Below, in pieces: positions 18,450-32,574 of a stretch of 64,000 nucleotides of DNA. Position 1 is the stretch's first letter. Each line of letters opens with the position of its first letter. The notes beneath the pieces were generated by a model. The model did no database searches. It saw only the letters and a list, made by a program, of their open reading frames with translations, and was not told where the DNA came from. The stretch is from Octopus vulgaris. Its lineage: Eukaryota. The DNA lies in the NCBI GenBank assembly GCA_951406725.2, contig OX597814.1, forward strand, positions 71,238,001 through 71,302,000, read 5' to 3'. Made by a program: the position numbers and the translations under genes.

Positions 18450-18900
18450 AATTCCAGTTGTGTTCACAAGACACTTCTTTATTAAACTGCACTTTCAGAC
18501 CAAAGAAAAGAGACAGGGCAATTTCTGTAATGAACTTGGCTGGATCCACACAAGACAACAACCGTTCGACAAAATTCCCCAAGTCAAAAATTCCTCAAAC
18601 TCTGAACGAGTGGTTGCAGAATGCTTTCATCGCATTGCATCGCATTGAGCACATCTCGGAAAAGCCGGCAGAAGGAACTTCGGTACCAGTAGAGAATGTT
18701 TCTAACCGGAATGACTCTAGTAGCAGTGCCTGGCCAGGGAATTCTGGAAGTTGTCTATAATCCCCAGATAATAGGTAGCAGACAGATTCTCGCCGACCTT
18801 GAGTCTTTCCAAGAACTTTGTTAACTTCATTGCTCTTACTCAAAACTAGTCTTGTGTTAATTGCAAGAGTGGACGTTCTGCTGATCACATTACTCAAGTG
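18450..18900 (-). pseudogene. Possible decayed Helitron/PIF1 helicase fragment
   Basis: LLSGDYRQLP resembles PIF1-family motif III (GDFRQLxP). The surrounding sequence is heavily degenerate. Confidence 0.35.
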
Positions 18901-19659
18901 GAAGTACCTGAGAAGATTTCAGATACCAGGTGTGCTAGTTTGCTCTTTGCTTCAACCAGAACTGCAACTTCGTCAAAAAGACAAGTTGCAAGCAAACGGA
19001 CCTGACAACAGACAACCACATCTATCTAAGAAACAACTACATGTTGACAGCAGATGGACCACCTGACCAATGCAACACACCTCTTTCGCAAAAAAGAAAA
19101 TGGTAGACGCTCCAATCTAGTCAAACAAAAACTAAGGTAGTGCACAAAAAGAAAATCAGATGATAACATAATAACAGGGGCGACATATGCTTTCGTAACA
19201 TCTGTTTGACCTTAGCAGAATTTATTTCTCTCAACCCATTTCAATGCATCAGTTTTTGTATGAATATTTTTAATTACTAAGACTTATTTGCCTTTTTTTA
19301 AAAGTGGTTTTCAAATTTACATGTTTCAAAACCAGAATCTGCAAAAAAAAATATTGAATTTAAAAGTTCCCTTTAACAGCAACTTTATTTAATCAGGAAC
19401 TAATTAGGGTTAGAGGATTCATGGCTGCCGTATTTTATTTTAAAATAAAAACATTTCGCTTGCATTTGACTGTATTTTGTTTGTATTCATAATTATATTT
19501 TCATTTTTATTATATTGAAACTGAAACTGCAAAAATTTCAGAAAGTGGAACATCTAATAACTAATGCTTTCAAAAGCAAACAAAATGTTATTTCACACTT
19601 CAAATACAGAGAAATGGATATGGTACTCTTATCAGGCTTTCTATTTCGAATGCAGTGGT

Positions 19660-20300
19660 AGTAATCCACTTCGCAGCCTTAGTAGTTATTTTGGTTTTTG
19701 TCGCTGTTCTTGCTTCTGCCGCTTTCTTATTATTACTGACAATGGTATGAATATGATGTCGGTAGTAAGAGGGATTTTTGCTTTTCTAGCCACAGGAGAG
19801 AAAGCTTTTGATGGTTATTGTTGCCACAAATATAACACATGGAGTTTTACTGCAATGTTTAATGCATCCCCACTCTGCAAGTAAATGTAGTCGTGGCCCT
19901 TCTGCATATTTTCAGGAATGACCAACACCTACATCTCTATTCTAAATTCCGACCACTTCTTGTAGGAGATTTAGCAAGTTCATAACATCTCCATACCCCC
20001 TATGGGATCACGGTGAAGTTTCTGATGCTTCACGAGGATATTTTTTACCTTTCTCTTCATTAAGACATAGGGCCACCTCTGCCCCATAGTACTTTCCCTT
20101 CTTATCGAACACCACTGTCCTTACTTTTCTCGAAATGTATTGGGTATGATTGTCAAACTAAGTGTTCGTCTGTAATTAGATGTTTTCTTACGTCTTCCGT
20201 TTCTGGTTCTAGGAGTGCTAGAAGGTCAGGTCTCACTAGACTGTGTTTGTTCCTGCTTGAACTATGCCTTTGCGATAAGAAAATGCTCTTTCAACGTTTG
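19660..20300 (-). pseudogene. Decayed Tx1-type ORF1 (gag-like) remnant
   Basis: A minus-strand CYICGNNNHQK zinc-knuckle start lies near 19810-19840. It is preceded by a segment alignable to NWYGQDLELVIQ..LMVIVEG of the ORF1 at 32575. Confidence 0.45.
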
Positions 20301-22786
20301 TGTTACTTGCAAATGACCCTGCGTTGTTTATGTTAGTAGCAACGCTAGTGATAAGGGTAGCGACAAAGCTGGACTTTCATTGGCGGTAAGAGTAACATTG
20401 CGAAGTATGTTAATATCATTGCTAAGACGCAAGAAAAGCCTTAGGGGTGAATTGAGTTTAACCTTTTGGCTAAGAAGTTAGCAAAGAGATTGTCTAAGAT
20501 ATAATGGGCACGTTATTATCGCACTAATTTCAGAAATGTTTTTAACTATGTTTTTAACTATAGTGTGGTTGGAGATAGAAATTTGTTCCATTGTTGTCCG
20601 ATGTTGGGTTTTCTGAAGCAAGAATTGCAATAACATTACTGCTATTCTCTCCATGAGTGTAAGGAAGTTGACATCTAGGATATAAGAAAGTTGGCATCAG
20701 TAATGAAACAACTTTACTTACAATGAGAAAACAGGCTATTTTGTTGAGTGATTAAGGTAAGATTTTTAACATTTTATCTGTTCGCAGTTTTGATTAGTGG
20801 AACTTCAGATGCAAATTTTCAATACATTCAAATCACTAACTTTAAACTAGCTTCAGGCAGATAAGACATAACGCTGTTTCGCCGTTAACAATAAAGGTGA
20901 AATTATTCTCCTGTTGTTCAAAACTCAATCCTGTTCATATTTCCATATTCCGCTTCTATTGTCCATGAAAAATACTACACATGAAAAAATCGATCTTACG
21001 TATTCATTAATCATAAAAGCAGATGTAATTTTTCTTTCTGAAATATTTCCTAAACTTTATCATATGGAAGAGTGTTTTAACCCACTATGTCTGCATGCCA
21101 TAAAATAAAGAAGCACTTATTTAAACATGACAACAAAGGCTGTGTATAAAATTCAACGAGTTAATATCACAGTTTGGACATGTAGTGCAAAAGGTTGACT
21201 AACAGATTTTGGTACCTGCCTGTATGTTAACACCTATTAACTTCTGGTCAGGTCATTTTTGGTCATGCGTCGCAGATACATGATTTGTTCGTACAGATAA
21301 TTTTGCATTAGTTATTCGCGTGCTGGCTATGCAAACTTCAAATAGCTACTGGTAGAAAACCATCCTATGACTTCTAACAATTTATCGTGCATTGTCAACC
21401 CCACCCCAAAAAAAACAAGATGTAGACTAAGATGAATTTAACTGTTAATCTTCTATTTTCTTAATTGCCGTCCTTGCATAGCTAGATTATTGTATGTTAA
21501 GGAGAATAGCATTGAAACCTAATGCTATATCGGGATTTCCACATAACCGAGTTGAAGGCAGCACATAGCTCAGGGGTAATAGTTTGGCAACTGTTGACAT
21601 ATACTACAAAACAGTATGCTATACGAATGACAAAGGCAGAATAAGATAAAAGAAGAGAACAGACATTTTACAAGAGAAAATTAAAACACAGAAACAGGTC
21701 AACCTACTTCAGAAAACATTTACCAACATTCACAGTAATACAAAATAACCATTGCTAAAAATTAAAAAATTAAAAAAAGGAAAATTAAAATGGATATTTA
21801 AAAGGCAAACAGAAAAGGAAGAACATCTAAAACTGTAATTGTTTAAATAAATTTAAAATAAAAAGAACAAAAGGGGAATAATTCAAAAGGGCAAATGACT
21901 TTAGTTTTAATAATTACTAGCTTAAAAGCTAGTCATGACAGACTAGTCCATGCAGACTTTTAAGCTAGTTCCTGTGGAGGGCTACTTGAGCCCATGGCTC
22001 CGAACAAAACAGAGCTAAATAGCATGACTATAATACGTCTATAATGACTATATTCCCCGGTGGTGTTTGAGCAGAGCATAAGAATTAATTCTGTAATGCA
22101 ATCATTCTATTGTTCCAGTCCCAAGTTGAATTCCAACTGTTGGACAATTTGTCCCAAAGTTTTTATCTCGACATAAAATTAATGAAGTGAATGCCATTTA
22201 TCTTCCCACTTGATTTCTGACGTCATTTGACAAACGGCAACCAAGATGGCGTGAATCAGCCAAGCTTTATCTGCTAGAAATAGCAACCCAAATGCTTTTA
22301 AATAAGATCCCAATGCTGAATGTTCAAGAACCAAATGAAGGGCAGATTTTCAATCCCGGAATTATCCTGATTCCAAAAAGATGTAATATGTCTATGTAGA
22401 GCAAATGCAGATAGAAATACAGGTGTCCCCGACGGAGAGAATTTCGCTTTTATTATTATGTTTTGACATTATCTATTATTTCTATTATTATTTTTATTAT
22501 TATTTATTATTATTTAAAAGGTAATGTACTGAACTCTATACGAAATAAATGATTAATTTATTGAAACTTCAATTAAAGATGGGGACAGAGAGAAACCTAG
22601 AAGCAATTTTTAAAGATTCTCACAAAAAAGTAAAGACAACTTCAAGAAATTGACAATAAATCTCTAAGCTAAAGGACATGCATTGGGAAAGAGAAGTTTA
22701 AAGTTTTGCTCCAGGAAGGGAACAAATATGAACGCAATCTATTATATTAGACGGGAAAAGCGACAGTGAAATTGCCGTATGGAGTA

Positions 22787-24262
22787 GAATGGAATGTGAC
22801 CAAATGAGGTTTATTTTTCAACACTCACTTCTTCCATCGGTGTTGCAGTGCTTCGATCCCATTGATGAAGAAGTTTTCATCTTGTTGCTCAAAAAAGTCA
22901 GCAGCAGATATGACGTCATCGTCACCGTGATACTGCTTACAGTCATGTGTGTTTTCAAGATGACGATTAGATGAAGCCAAATCAAGAGAATAGGGAGGCT
23001 GATCAGTTCAACGCCACAGTCACGCACAGCAGCCATTGAAACCAACGACTTGTATGCTGGAGCATTGTCCAGGTGAAGCAAGATCCCTTTCGTCAGTTTT
23101 CTTGGATGTTTGGTCTTGATAGACTTTCGCAACTGCCTCACCAAGTTGGCATAGTACTCTCTGTTGGTGGTGTAGCCCTTTTGAAGATAGTCAATAAACA
23201 CAATTCTTTTTGCTTCCCAAAAAACTGAGGCCATCACCTTCCCTGCAGATGAAATGACCTTAGCTTTCTTTGGAGCTGGTGAGGAGAGGTGTTTCCACTG
23301 CATGGATTGTTTCTTTGATTTTGGCTCAAAGTTATGAACCCAACACTCATCGTAGGTCAGGAAACGTTCAAGGAAACCAACTGGATCAGCCTCAAATAAT
23401 GTCAGATTTTTCCTTGATGTGATCAACCTTTTGATCAGGTGTCAGAAGATGTGACATCCACCCAACAGAACCTTTTGTCGGTGCTACTTTGGTATGCGAT
23501 CTACGTGTCATGAAACTGCTTTGATATACAACCTACACTTTATATTGTGGTCTACAACAAGAAAAGTTATACTTATCAAGAACAGCTTTTCTAGCTGATG
23601 TTCGTTCGATTCATCGTTAAAATTAGTAAACTTGTTTCAAATTTGCTTCATTCTAATTTTTTTTAATAATATATGTATAAAATGTACAAAAATTTTAATT
23701 ATCTATTTTTTACTTTTCTAGCTGATGTTCGTTCGATTCGTCCATGAAATTAGTAAACTTGTTTCAAATTTGCTTCATTTTAATTTTTTTAAATAAATGT
23801 ATGAAAATGTAAGAATACTTTATTTAAGCCATAATAAATAAATGAAACATGTAGATCTCATACTAAAGTAGAATTTGACTCTTGTTGATCACGTTAGCTA
23901 CGTAGATCGCATACCAAAGTAACACCCTTTCGTCAAGTTCATTGTGCAGAATATTCTTAACTTTATCACAGGATATGCTAATAGCCTTAGCTGTGTGATT
24001 TATAATCAATCACCTGTGAAACATCATCATGCTGTGAGCACGATCAATGTTTTCCTCCATGGTGGTAGTTGCAAGATGTCTAGTCATTTTCAAGACTCTC
24101 CCTTCCTCTCTTAAATTCAACTGCCCACTTTTGCTCTGTTGATAAAACTATAGTATCATTCCCTAATGTAGCAATGATTTCAGTGTGAATACTCTTAGGA
24201 GCTAAACCGTTTTTCTGTCAAATTTGCCCATTTTCAAGAGAAGCTGCTATCAGTTCTCTTCT
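22787..24262 (-). mobile_element. Decayed mariner transposon interrupted by a MITE
   Basis: Reads FLTYDECWVH, SAGKVMASVFW and LLHLDNAPAY (DD34D-type). N-terminal HTH codons continue at 23935-24232. TIRs were not recognised. Confidence 0.85.
23480..23926. mobile_element. MITE with 27-bp TIRs and 8-bp TSD (Merlin-like)
   Basis: TIRs are ggtgctactttggtatgcgatctacgt / acgtagatcgcataccaaagtaacacc (1 mismatch), with flanks cttttgtc / ctttcgtc. It contains an internal ~128-bp tandem duplication. Confidence 0.8.
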
Positions 24263-24269
24263 TCCTTCT

Positions 24270-24785
24270 ATTCCTGTAAATAACCAATGGAATCCACAAC
24301 TAGGTCCATTGGTCATTCCTCTTCGCCCATATCCACATTGAGCTCTTTTCATCAACATCAGATGAGCGTTTGATAGTAGCAGTTCTTCTGCGGCCTTTGA
24401 TACCCAACTGCCCAAGTAGCCGACAGGTTGATGCAGCCACGAATCCTCGCGATCTAACTTCAACTGGTTTCAGAGTACAATGGTAACCCTTACTCTCTAG
24501 CTGCTTTGCCAGCTCACCATATTTGCTCATCTCAAAGATGTGCTCCTTTTCTATGCGGCTCTCGTATAATACTGACAATTCAATGAAAATCCTTTGAGCA
24601 CCCTGTTCAGACCATAAGACGATGTCTGGTCTCAAACCATTCTTGATGATGAACTCTGGGTAGTTCATGTGCTTCTCGCTGATGTCTGCAGTTATTTCCC
24701 AGGAATCTTCACTTCCAAGACCTAGTGGAAAGATATGCCTTAGCATGTCATGACCTTCGTTATTCAACTCTCCTAAAACTATCAC
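24270..24785 (-). mobile_element. 3' fragment of a HERO-like RLE non-LTR retrotransposon
   Basis: Reads WEITAD..LRPDIVLWS..IELSV..KY..L..PVEVRSRGF..EKSSMWIWAKR, the typical HERO-clade C-terminus. Confidence 0.75.
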
Positions 24786-25173
24786 AGTTAATGGCAGCAG
24801 TGTACATCATTACAGGATGGCATCATCATAATCCTGAAAAAGTTGCAGGAAGGATGAAATAACACTATAGTAATGTACACTGAAAGAGAGATCTTGGCAA
24901 ATCGAGTTATAAATAAAGACTAGAAAAACAAACCATGTACAATGATTGATAGATCATGCCTGACCGACAGAAACATATCAATCGAAGAAACTAAAAGACT
25001 TTCAAAACGAAAAAAGATCCAAAGACTCTTGTGACAAGAATGTGGGATAGAATAGTTGTAAATTATTGTAATAGCAGCTTTGGGAGTGATAATGGACAAC
25101 ATTTCACGCAATAACTGCAAAAAAGGTATTCTACCGAATCTGCCATCCACCACCCTTAATAGTAACGAATATA

Positions 25174-25885
25174 TTGGGTTGTTCGGAAAGTTCGTGCCGA
25201 TTTATAGTAGCTTACCTTTCGACTTATTTTAGAACATGGTTGAGTCCATAAAATAGGATTTTACTACACCTCCATTTAGAGCACAGTTTAAACTATCTTT
25301 TCGTGGAAGAAGGTTTATGTTCCTATAACCTGTGTTAATTCTGTAACCCTTTAAAATGGATAAGAAAGTTCATTTTCGGCACTTGATGCTTTTCTTTTTC
25401 CGTAAAGGGAAAAATGCCTCACAAGCAACCAAAGAAATATGCGCAGTTTACGGTGATGTTTCTTTATCCGAAAGAACTGTACGGAAGTGGTTCGCAAGGT
25501 TCCGAGCTGGAGATTGTAGCCTTATTGATAAAGAGTGATCAGGCTGACCATCCACTACAGGTGATGACCAAATCAAGTCAATAATTGAGAATAAACTACA
25601 TTGCACAACCCTAGAATTAGCAGAAAGCCTCAACCTATCAAAATCTGTCGTTCATGAGCACCTGGTAAAGCTTGGGTACACAAATCGCGACGATGTTTGA
25701 GTACCACATGAGTTGAGTGAAACGAACCTTTTGGATCGCATTTCCATCTGTGATTCGCTTCGTAAACGGAATGAAAATGCGCCTTTTTTAAAGCAAATTG
25801 TGACAGGTGATGAGAAATGGGTTATCTACTGAAATGTTCAAAGAAAGCGATCCTGGAGTAAGTGACATGAGCTACCCTTAGCCAT
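25174..25885 (+). mobile_element. 3'-truncated mariner transposon (second family)
   Basis: Begins with TA followed by the TIR ttgggttgttcggaaagttcg. It encodes MDKKVHFRHLMLFFFRKGKNA.., a mutated WVPHEL (~25700) and IVTGDEKWV (~25800), with stops. Confidence 0.88.
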
Positions 25886-26711
25886 GTACCCATAACTACC
25901 CATAACTACCCAAAGCCATAACTACCCAAAGCGATCTCACTATTTGATCGGTACTTTACTTTATCAACATCGGAAAGATAAGCGATGTTAAGCTCAGTGA
26001 GATTTGAACACAGCAACATAAATGAATACAACTGAATGATTACAACACAGTTTAATTGGCCGTTCTAACAACTCTACTAATCCACCGGCCTTAACCTGCA
26101 GAAAATAATAAATAATAATCGACGGAAATATATTTAAAAACTGACTTCACTGTATTTGACATTTAAATACTTCCAGCTGGTTCATTTGATGTTCAAACTT
26201 TACTGATGTTGTTTGCTCCCTTTCTCCAAATAGTTCCACACATTTGTACCAACTAGAATTGCATATATGCAAGAAACAGAGATGTTTATTGCATTCTATA
26301 CAGATTAGAACTAAAAAATTTAGGAGACAGGAAGAATCGGGCAATTAAAGTAGTCAGATAAAGGAATAGCGTTCAGAAAATAAGGAATATAGGGGTCGGA
26401 GAATGAAGCGGGTAATAAAGATATGACTGAATGGAAAATTAGAGACAGTTGTGAAAGAAAAGGACTACAGAAGAAAAAGAATGAATGTGAGTAGAAAAGA
26501 GTGTAAGAGGAATGAGATGGGATTGGTATAAAAAAAAAGAAAGGCAAGGAAAAAGATAATCAGTGAAATGTAAGTGAAGGAAAGGGAGATTGGTATAAAG
26601 GAAGGAAGAGAGGAGTGAGACAGGATAGGTTAAGGAATGGATGTTTGTGAGCGTATGTTTATGAGTGCTTACAACATACGTTTTATTGAGCTATATTATA
26701 TCACTGTAGAT

Positions 26712-29702
26712 CAATGTTACCCAAACTTTTCGCGCCAAATTGCAATATCGCCCACATATCGGCCAAAAAATGTTCCATCGCCCACCTATGTGAAAAAAAA
26801 ACCTTGACACAACCCCACCAACACAAAATCCCCCAGCGCTCCCCCACTCCCTGTATCATTTGATACACACATTATATCGTAGACTTGTTGCCCTGTTAGT
26901 GCTGTTTGTACTAAATATGCAGTTGTTTACAAATCCCTTATTAAGGGTTTAGTTTTGCCATTAGTGTCAATAAAATTCTAACATTAACTCTGTATTTTTC
27001 AGAGAGATTGACTTCTGGAAACTTGCGCTTTCTTTTACACTGATTTTCCTTTTCCCTAAATGAGCCATTGATCAGAACTACCAATGCAAAAATAATTAAT
27101 GATTGTTTTATAAAGGAAAAGAATAAAACTTCTTAATGAGAACCATGTGTCTGGTGCGATGCAGCTAGTGCAGATACATTCGGTTTCAAACTTGTCAACT
27201 TTAGCTGCAAGTCTCCTCGTTCTGTCACATCCAGTCCAATTCTGTGGTGGGAAAGTAAAGTTCCAACATGGTTAAAACCAGATTCAACCAAGTATGAGGA
27301 AGTGAAGGCAAGCAAAAGTAGTTCCAGATATTTCCACAGATTCGGGTAGGAATTCAATATACTCTGATGGTACCACAAACTTTCTTTGCCATTACGGCGA
27401 TATCGCATTGTGGTATCATTGTCATTTTGTAATGCTATCAATTCCTCCTGAACGTCATCCTCGCAATCGACTGCATCGATCTCGAACGGTTTGCTATTCC
27501 AATTTGGAATATTCAGTGCAATAACATCTTGATATCGCTTCATCATGTTATCATGCAATGATTGTGATATGTAGTTAAATCTTCATCAACTAATTCATCT
27601 TTCAAAGAAACAAGTTGTGGAAATTGATGGAATTGACGTTTTGAAATGTTAATCATATACAACCCCAATTTCTCAATGAAGGTAGTGATGAATGATTTAC
27701 AATCAACGAGAGCTTTTTTATTTCCTTGCAATAACTTATTCAAATCATTTAATTTTGTGAATATATCACAAAGAAAAAAGATATCGCACCTTGTAGCCAT
27801 CAATGAAGCGGATAGTGGAGTATCTTCAACGAAAGATATGATTATATGAAACAGTTCAACAAAGCGCAAAACACAGTTTCCTTTTGAAAGCCACCGCACT
27901 TCGGTAGGATATAAGAGTTTAGTATGGTCCTCATCATTTCACAGACAGAGTTGACGGAAAATTCTATCTGACAAGTGACTGGACTTCAATTTGTTCACAG
28001 TCTTGATAACTAACTGTAGCGCATCATTCAACCTACCGTTCACAGTTTTGCCACTACATGCTGCCGGTGTGCCAATCAATGAACAGTTAGCATCTGGTGG
28101 GAAATTTCAAGCCTATCATCGAAGGGGTTCCATCAGACGCACAAGCAAGAATATTACTGAGTGGGATATTATGTTCAAAAAGGCAAGACTTGCGAGCGTG
28201 AAAAATCAAGCGGCAAATTCTGTGAACAGCATTTCCTCACAAGGTTGAAGGTCTTCGATGAAATACCGAACATATACCATCATCAAACATTGATTGTCCA
28301 CAACAGTTGATTCATCCACTTGTATAGAAAATTCAGAACGCTGGAGAATATTAATGAGCTGATGTTTGACATCATTGGCCATTTTATTGATGCTTCGAGA
28401 AATTGTGTTATTACTATGTGGGATCTTCTTCATAATGTTATTGGGTTTTTCGTGCATAACGGTTGACAAAACCTCTTCGATAACTAGGAGAAGTAATGTT
28501 TCTCCAATTATGAGAAAATTCCCAGACTTAGCAACAAGCAATGCAATGTTACTAAGTAATGTAATCAACCCGTCATTCTCCTGATTACAATGCAATCAAC
28601 CCGTCATTCTCCTGTTTACTAGTTTCCTGGAGTAGCGTATTGAATGTTTGTATTTACTGTTTGAAAGAAGAGCTCAGTTGCAAAAAGTATGATAACGACT
28701 TGTCCTTCTTCTCAGAATGCTTTGCATCAAAGTGATACTTCAAGTGTGAAGGTTTCGTGGCTTTGTTGGTCAATGTTTGATGTCAAAGAAGGCACCTAGG
28801 TAACTGACAGTGCTGAGGAGAGGGAATAAATCCAAACAATAAATAATCACTACTATACTGTCGACAAATTTTTTTGACTGCAGGCATCAGTAAAGGGAAA
28901 ATGTGAAAACGAATTTCTACAGATGGCATCAGAAAGGCAGTATGGTATTTCCAAAGAGAAGAAGTCAATAGAGCAGAGTCAGATAACACGTATTTACTGA
29001 AGCAAATACGGATCTAGTTCGTTTGACTGCCAGCATTTCGAAAATTAAAGTTTATCGAAAATTTTAAAAGTCGGCCCATTAAACTGCTAAATTGCTGGAG
29101 TTATTCAACTTTTTCCAGAAAAATGTTTTTAAAAAGTTATAGAGGTTTAAAGTTTGATCATTTTTCACCCAGTCAAGAAACACGATTACAAAGCTGTCGT
29201 TTTGTGCCTGACTGCACATTTTGTCAACATCCTGAAAATAGCACTTGTGTTTTGATATGAAACCACAGAATTACACACGACATATAATCCCTTATAGCTT
29301 TTTTTTCGGAGTTTCCAGGAATTTTTTGCGAATTTGAATTCTATACGCGGGACTTCGTACGATTATACCAAAAAAATTTGTAGTGTGGTGTGATTTAAGG
29401 CCTAGGCCTATTTGGCTGCTATCTCTAGCACGCATGACAACCATCTCAATGATTGCGGCAGAAATATTCGATCGATAAACAAGTCCACGTTTGTAATACT
29501 CATGCGAGTAGTCAAATCGATAAAAGTGCATCCTTATTTAGGCATGCCTAGATATCAGTAAATGTAGATTTAATTTCTAAAACTTCATTGTCATCCACAA
29601 AATGTTCATATCGCCCGCCAAAGTCTCAAATCGCCCACCATATTCAAGAAATTCGCCCATCGCTCACTTGTAAGTTGAAATCGTCCACTTTGGGAAGCTA
29701 TG
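26712..29702 (-). mobile_element. Decayed hAT (Buster/Charlie-like) transposon
   Basis: Transposase pieces at 27133-28890 include FSIQVDEST, RWLSKG and FTSSYLVESGF. Degenerate TIRs are caatgttacccaaac / ctttgggaagctatg, and ATCGCCCA motifs repeat near both ends. No TSD is visible. Confidence 0.85.
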
Positions 29703-29950
29703 ATTATGAGACAGAAATGATCTGGTCAGCTTTTTACCTCAGTTTTCTACAAAGGTTATAGTTTCTATGTGGACAGCAATCTCATAGACAAGCATCTTTT
29801 CCTGTTGGATAACTAATACTCCGAAAAACCACCAATCTATAACTCCTTCGGGCTTATGCTTAGCACTAGCAACCAGCGTTATCAATTATATTACCGTTGA
29901 ATTGTGTGTGCGTGTGTGTGTGTGCGCGCGCGCGTGTGTATTACATTATA

Positions 29951-31026
29951 CTAGCAATGCATCCCAGCGCTGCCCGAGTGTTATGACGTACATCCACATT
30001 CTATTATTTGTTCATTTATTATGAGCAGAATCGACACACGGGGAATATGAAGCGAATAATTCTTCTTTATAAACATGTTTTTCTGTCATTTTCTGATGAA
30101 CAATGCTGAATTTTTTGACGCCAAAAACATGTAGAATAGCAGCTTAAATTAGAATGAAATCCTAACAGTACCCTCAAAATTACCTAAAAATTGTGTGACT
30201 GAGCCTCCTTTGGTGTTAATTTTTGTAATAAAATAGGGTTGCTGTACAAAAAACTTACTTTACCTTGGTAGCCGAAAGATTGCTCAATCTTTTGATATCT
30301 GACACAGCAATATTAGCAACTCATTTTCATGGCTACAAATCGGATAATGTAGAAGCTGAAATAGTTCTTACCCATCCCATAATATTTGTTGATAACTGTG
30401 AACCACACACATAGACAGTTTCCCCAATGAAAATGCCATGTTCAAAAGTATTATGGTTTTCTGCAAGCATATTTTGTATCAGTTTGAATCAATATTGAAG
30501 CCAACAGAATAAAAAAGGGGGTTTTGGGACTGTGTGTATATGTACATATGCGTGTGTATACATAAATTTCACCAGAAAATCGGATATGCTAGAAGCAATA
30601 GGTGAACGACATTATTTCTGAAGAAACTTCCCCGTTTTCCAAAAAGCTAAAAGTGAAACATTGGGAGTTTGTAGCTTTTTGAAAGTAGTGAGGTGATGAG
30701 TGGACGTTTAGGAGTGAGATTTTAGTTGTTTCTTTAATAAAAAAGAAAGAAGAAAATTCTTGAAGATTCGCACGCTTTGTTTTTTTTTTCTTCGTATATT
30801 ACCAAGAAAAAATTTCAGAAAAGGTAAAACAATGAAAAAAATTGGGATGGGGAGGGAGAAAATTGAATATTTGAGAACTTGTTTTTTGGGGCGAAATCCT
30901 AATCTCCTCTGTCGAAAACATAGGAATCGAAAGAAATTTAGGAAATAAAATAATGTGGACATGTTAGAAACAACAGGTAAAGGACAGGATTTCTGGGAGA
31001 ACATCCTTTCAAGTTTATATTGGAGA
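29951..31026 (-). mobile_element. Probable non-autonomous Helitron
   Basis: The minus strand begins A|TCtccaatataaa and ends with the GC-rich ctcgggcagcgctggg followed by ..tgCTAG|T, matching the Helitron terminal signatures. Confidence 0.5.
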
Positions 31027-31130
31027 TCAGGTTTTAAATACGCTCATCACAAACACGAGTTACAGAATAGAGAAAGGACATTTCAACTGGATCTGAGCGT
31101 GGACGCAGCAAGAAATAACATAATTCGTAC

Positions 31131-31194
<64 letters not shown>

Positions 31195-31195
31195 T

Positions 31196-31260
<65 letters not shown>
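31131..31260. repeat. (GT)n microsatellite
   Basis: Seen directly. Confidence 0.95.
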
Positions 31261-31261
<1 letters not shown>

Positions 31262-31949
31262 ACATAAATATTGTATTAAAATAAGTTATCTTTACAGACC
31301 ATGTTTGGAATTATCTATATAATTGATAGCAAAGTGTGGAAAAAATTAAATGAAATCCAGGTTTAGTCATATATCGATGAAGTTAGTTGTAGCATGTTGC
31401 TAACAACATAGTGTCTCCATACATTATAATGAGAAATTGAAAGAGAGAGATAATTACCACTGTCACCCCTACATAGTTGTTGGTGGTTTAACAATCATGA
31501 GTGAAGTCTAATTTTGGAAGTATTGGTTAAGTTTATCATCTTTTGGACTGAAGAAATGTATGTAAAAATTACTGGTATTTCAGTAGAATTCTACGCATGC
31601 GTAAAACATCGGACGAAAGTGAAACATGAGAAACAAATCAAAATATTGCCCGAAAATCAACTCAAAATTTAGCGACCCGACCTCGATTTTCGTGGTTATT
31701 TTAGAAGTAAAAAAGAGTTGTTGTGCTGAAATCATACGTTATTTAGTAACCGAAAGATTACTGAATCTTTTGATACCTTTTGAAAATCGGCAACTCAGTT
31801 TTCGAATCCATAAGGATATATGTGTCTCTGTATAGATGCATTTGCGTGTATGTGTACACATAGATATTCATATACATATAAATATAGATATATACATATT
31901 TAGAGAAAGTGACCAGTAAGATGTATGTGAACATTATAAATAAATGCAC

Positions 31950-32302
31950 AGGCGCGAGAGAGGCTGTGGCAAAGAAGCTTGCTTTCCAACCACATGGTTC
32001 CGGGTCCAATCCCATTGCGTCTTCTACTATAGCCTCGGACCAACCAAAGACTTGTGAGTGGCTTTGGTAGACGGAAATTGAAAAAAGCCTGTTGTGTGTG
32101 GGTATGTGTATGTGTCTGTCCCCTTACCACCGGTGTTGGTGTGTTTACGTACCCGTAATTAGCGGCTCGGCAAAAGAAACCGATAGAATAAGTACCAGGG
32201 TTAACAAAATTAAGTACTGGGGTCGATTCATTCGGCTAAAATCAATACTTCAAGGTGGTGCCGCAGTATGGCAGCAGTCTAATGACTGAGACAAGTAAAA
32301 GA
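31950..32302 (+). mobile_element. tRNA-headed SINE (same family as 47499)
   Basis: The head, central TG tract and 3' tail align with 47499-47965. Confidence 0.8.
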
Positions 32303-32535
32303 TATCAAATATCATACAACATAATTTCGTGACTTAAAATTATCTCCACACCTACAATTAAGACCAGGTCCACTTGAGAAGGGAAGATAATCTCAAGAAC
32401 CAAGAATTCTCCAAAATTGGTAAGCCTTTAAAGAAAGGATAAGTGAGAAAAGGGTAAGTGGAGATAAGATGACAGTCGTGACAGGTCTTTCTGCCTCAAC
32501 AGCACGTCAAGTGTCCACTCTCTCTCTCCCTCTCT

Positions 32536-32573
<38 letters not shown>

Positions 32574-32574
<1 letters not shown>

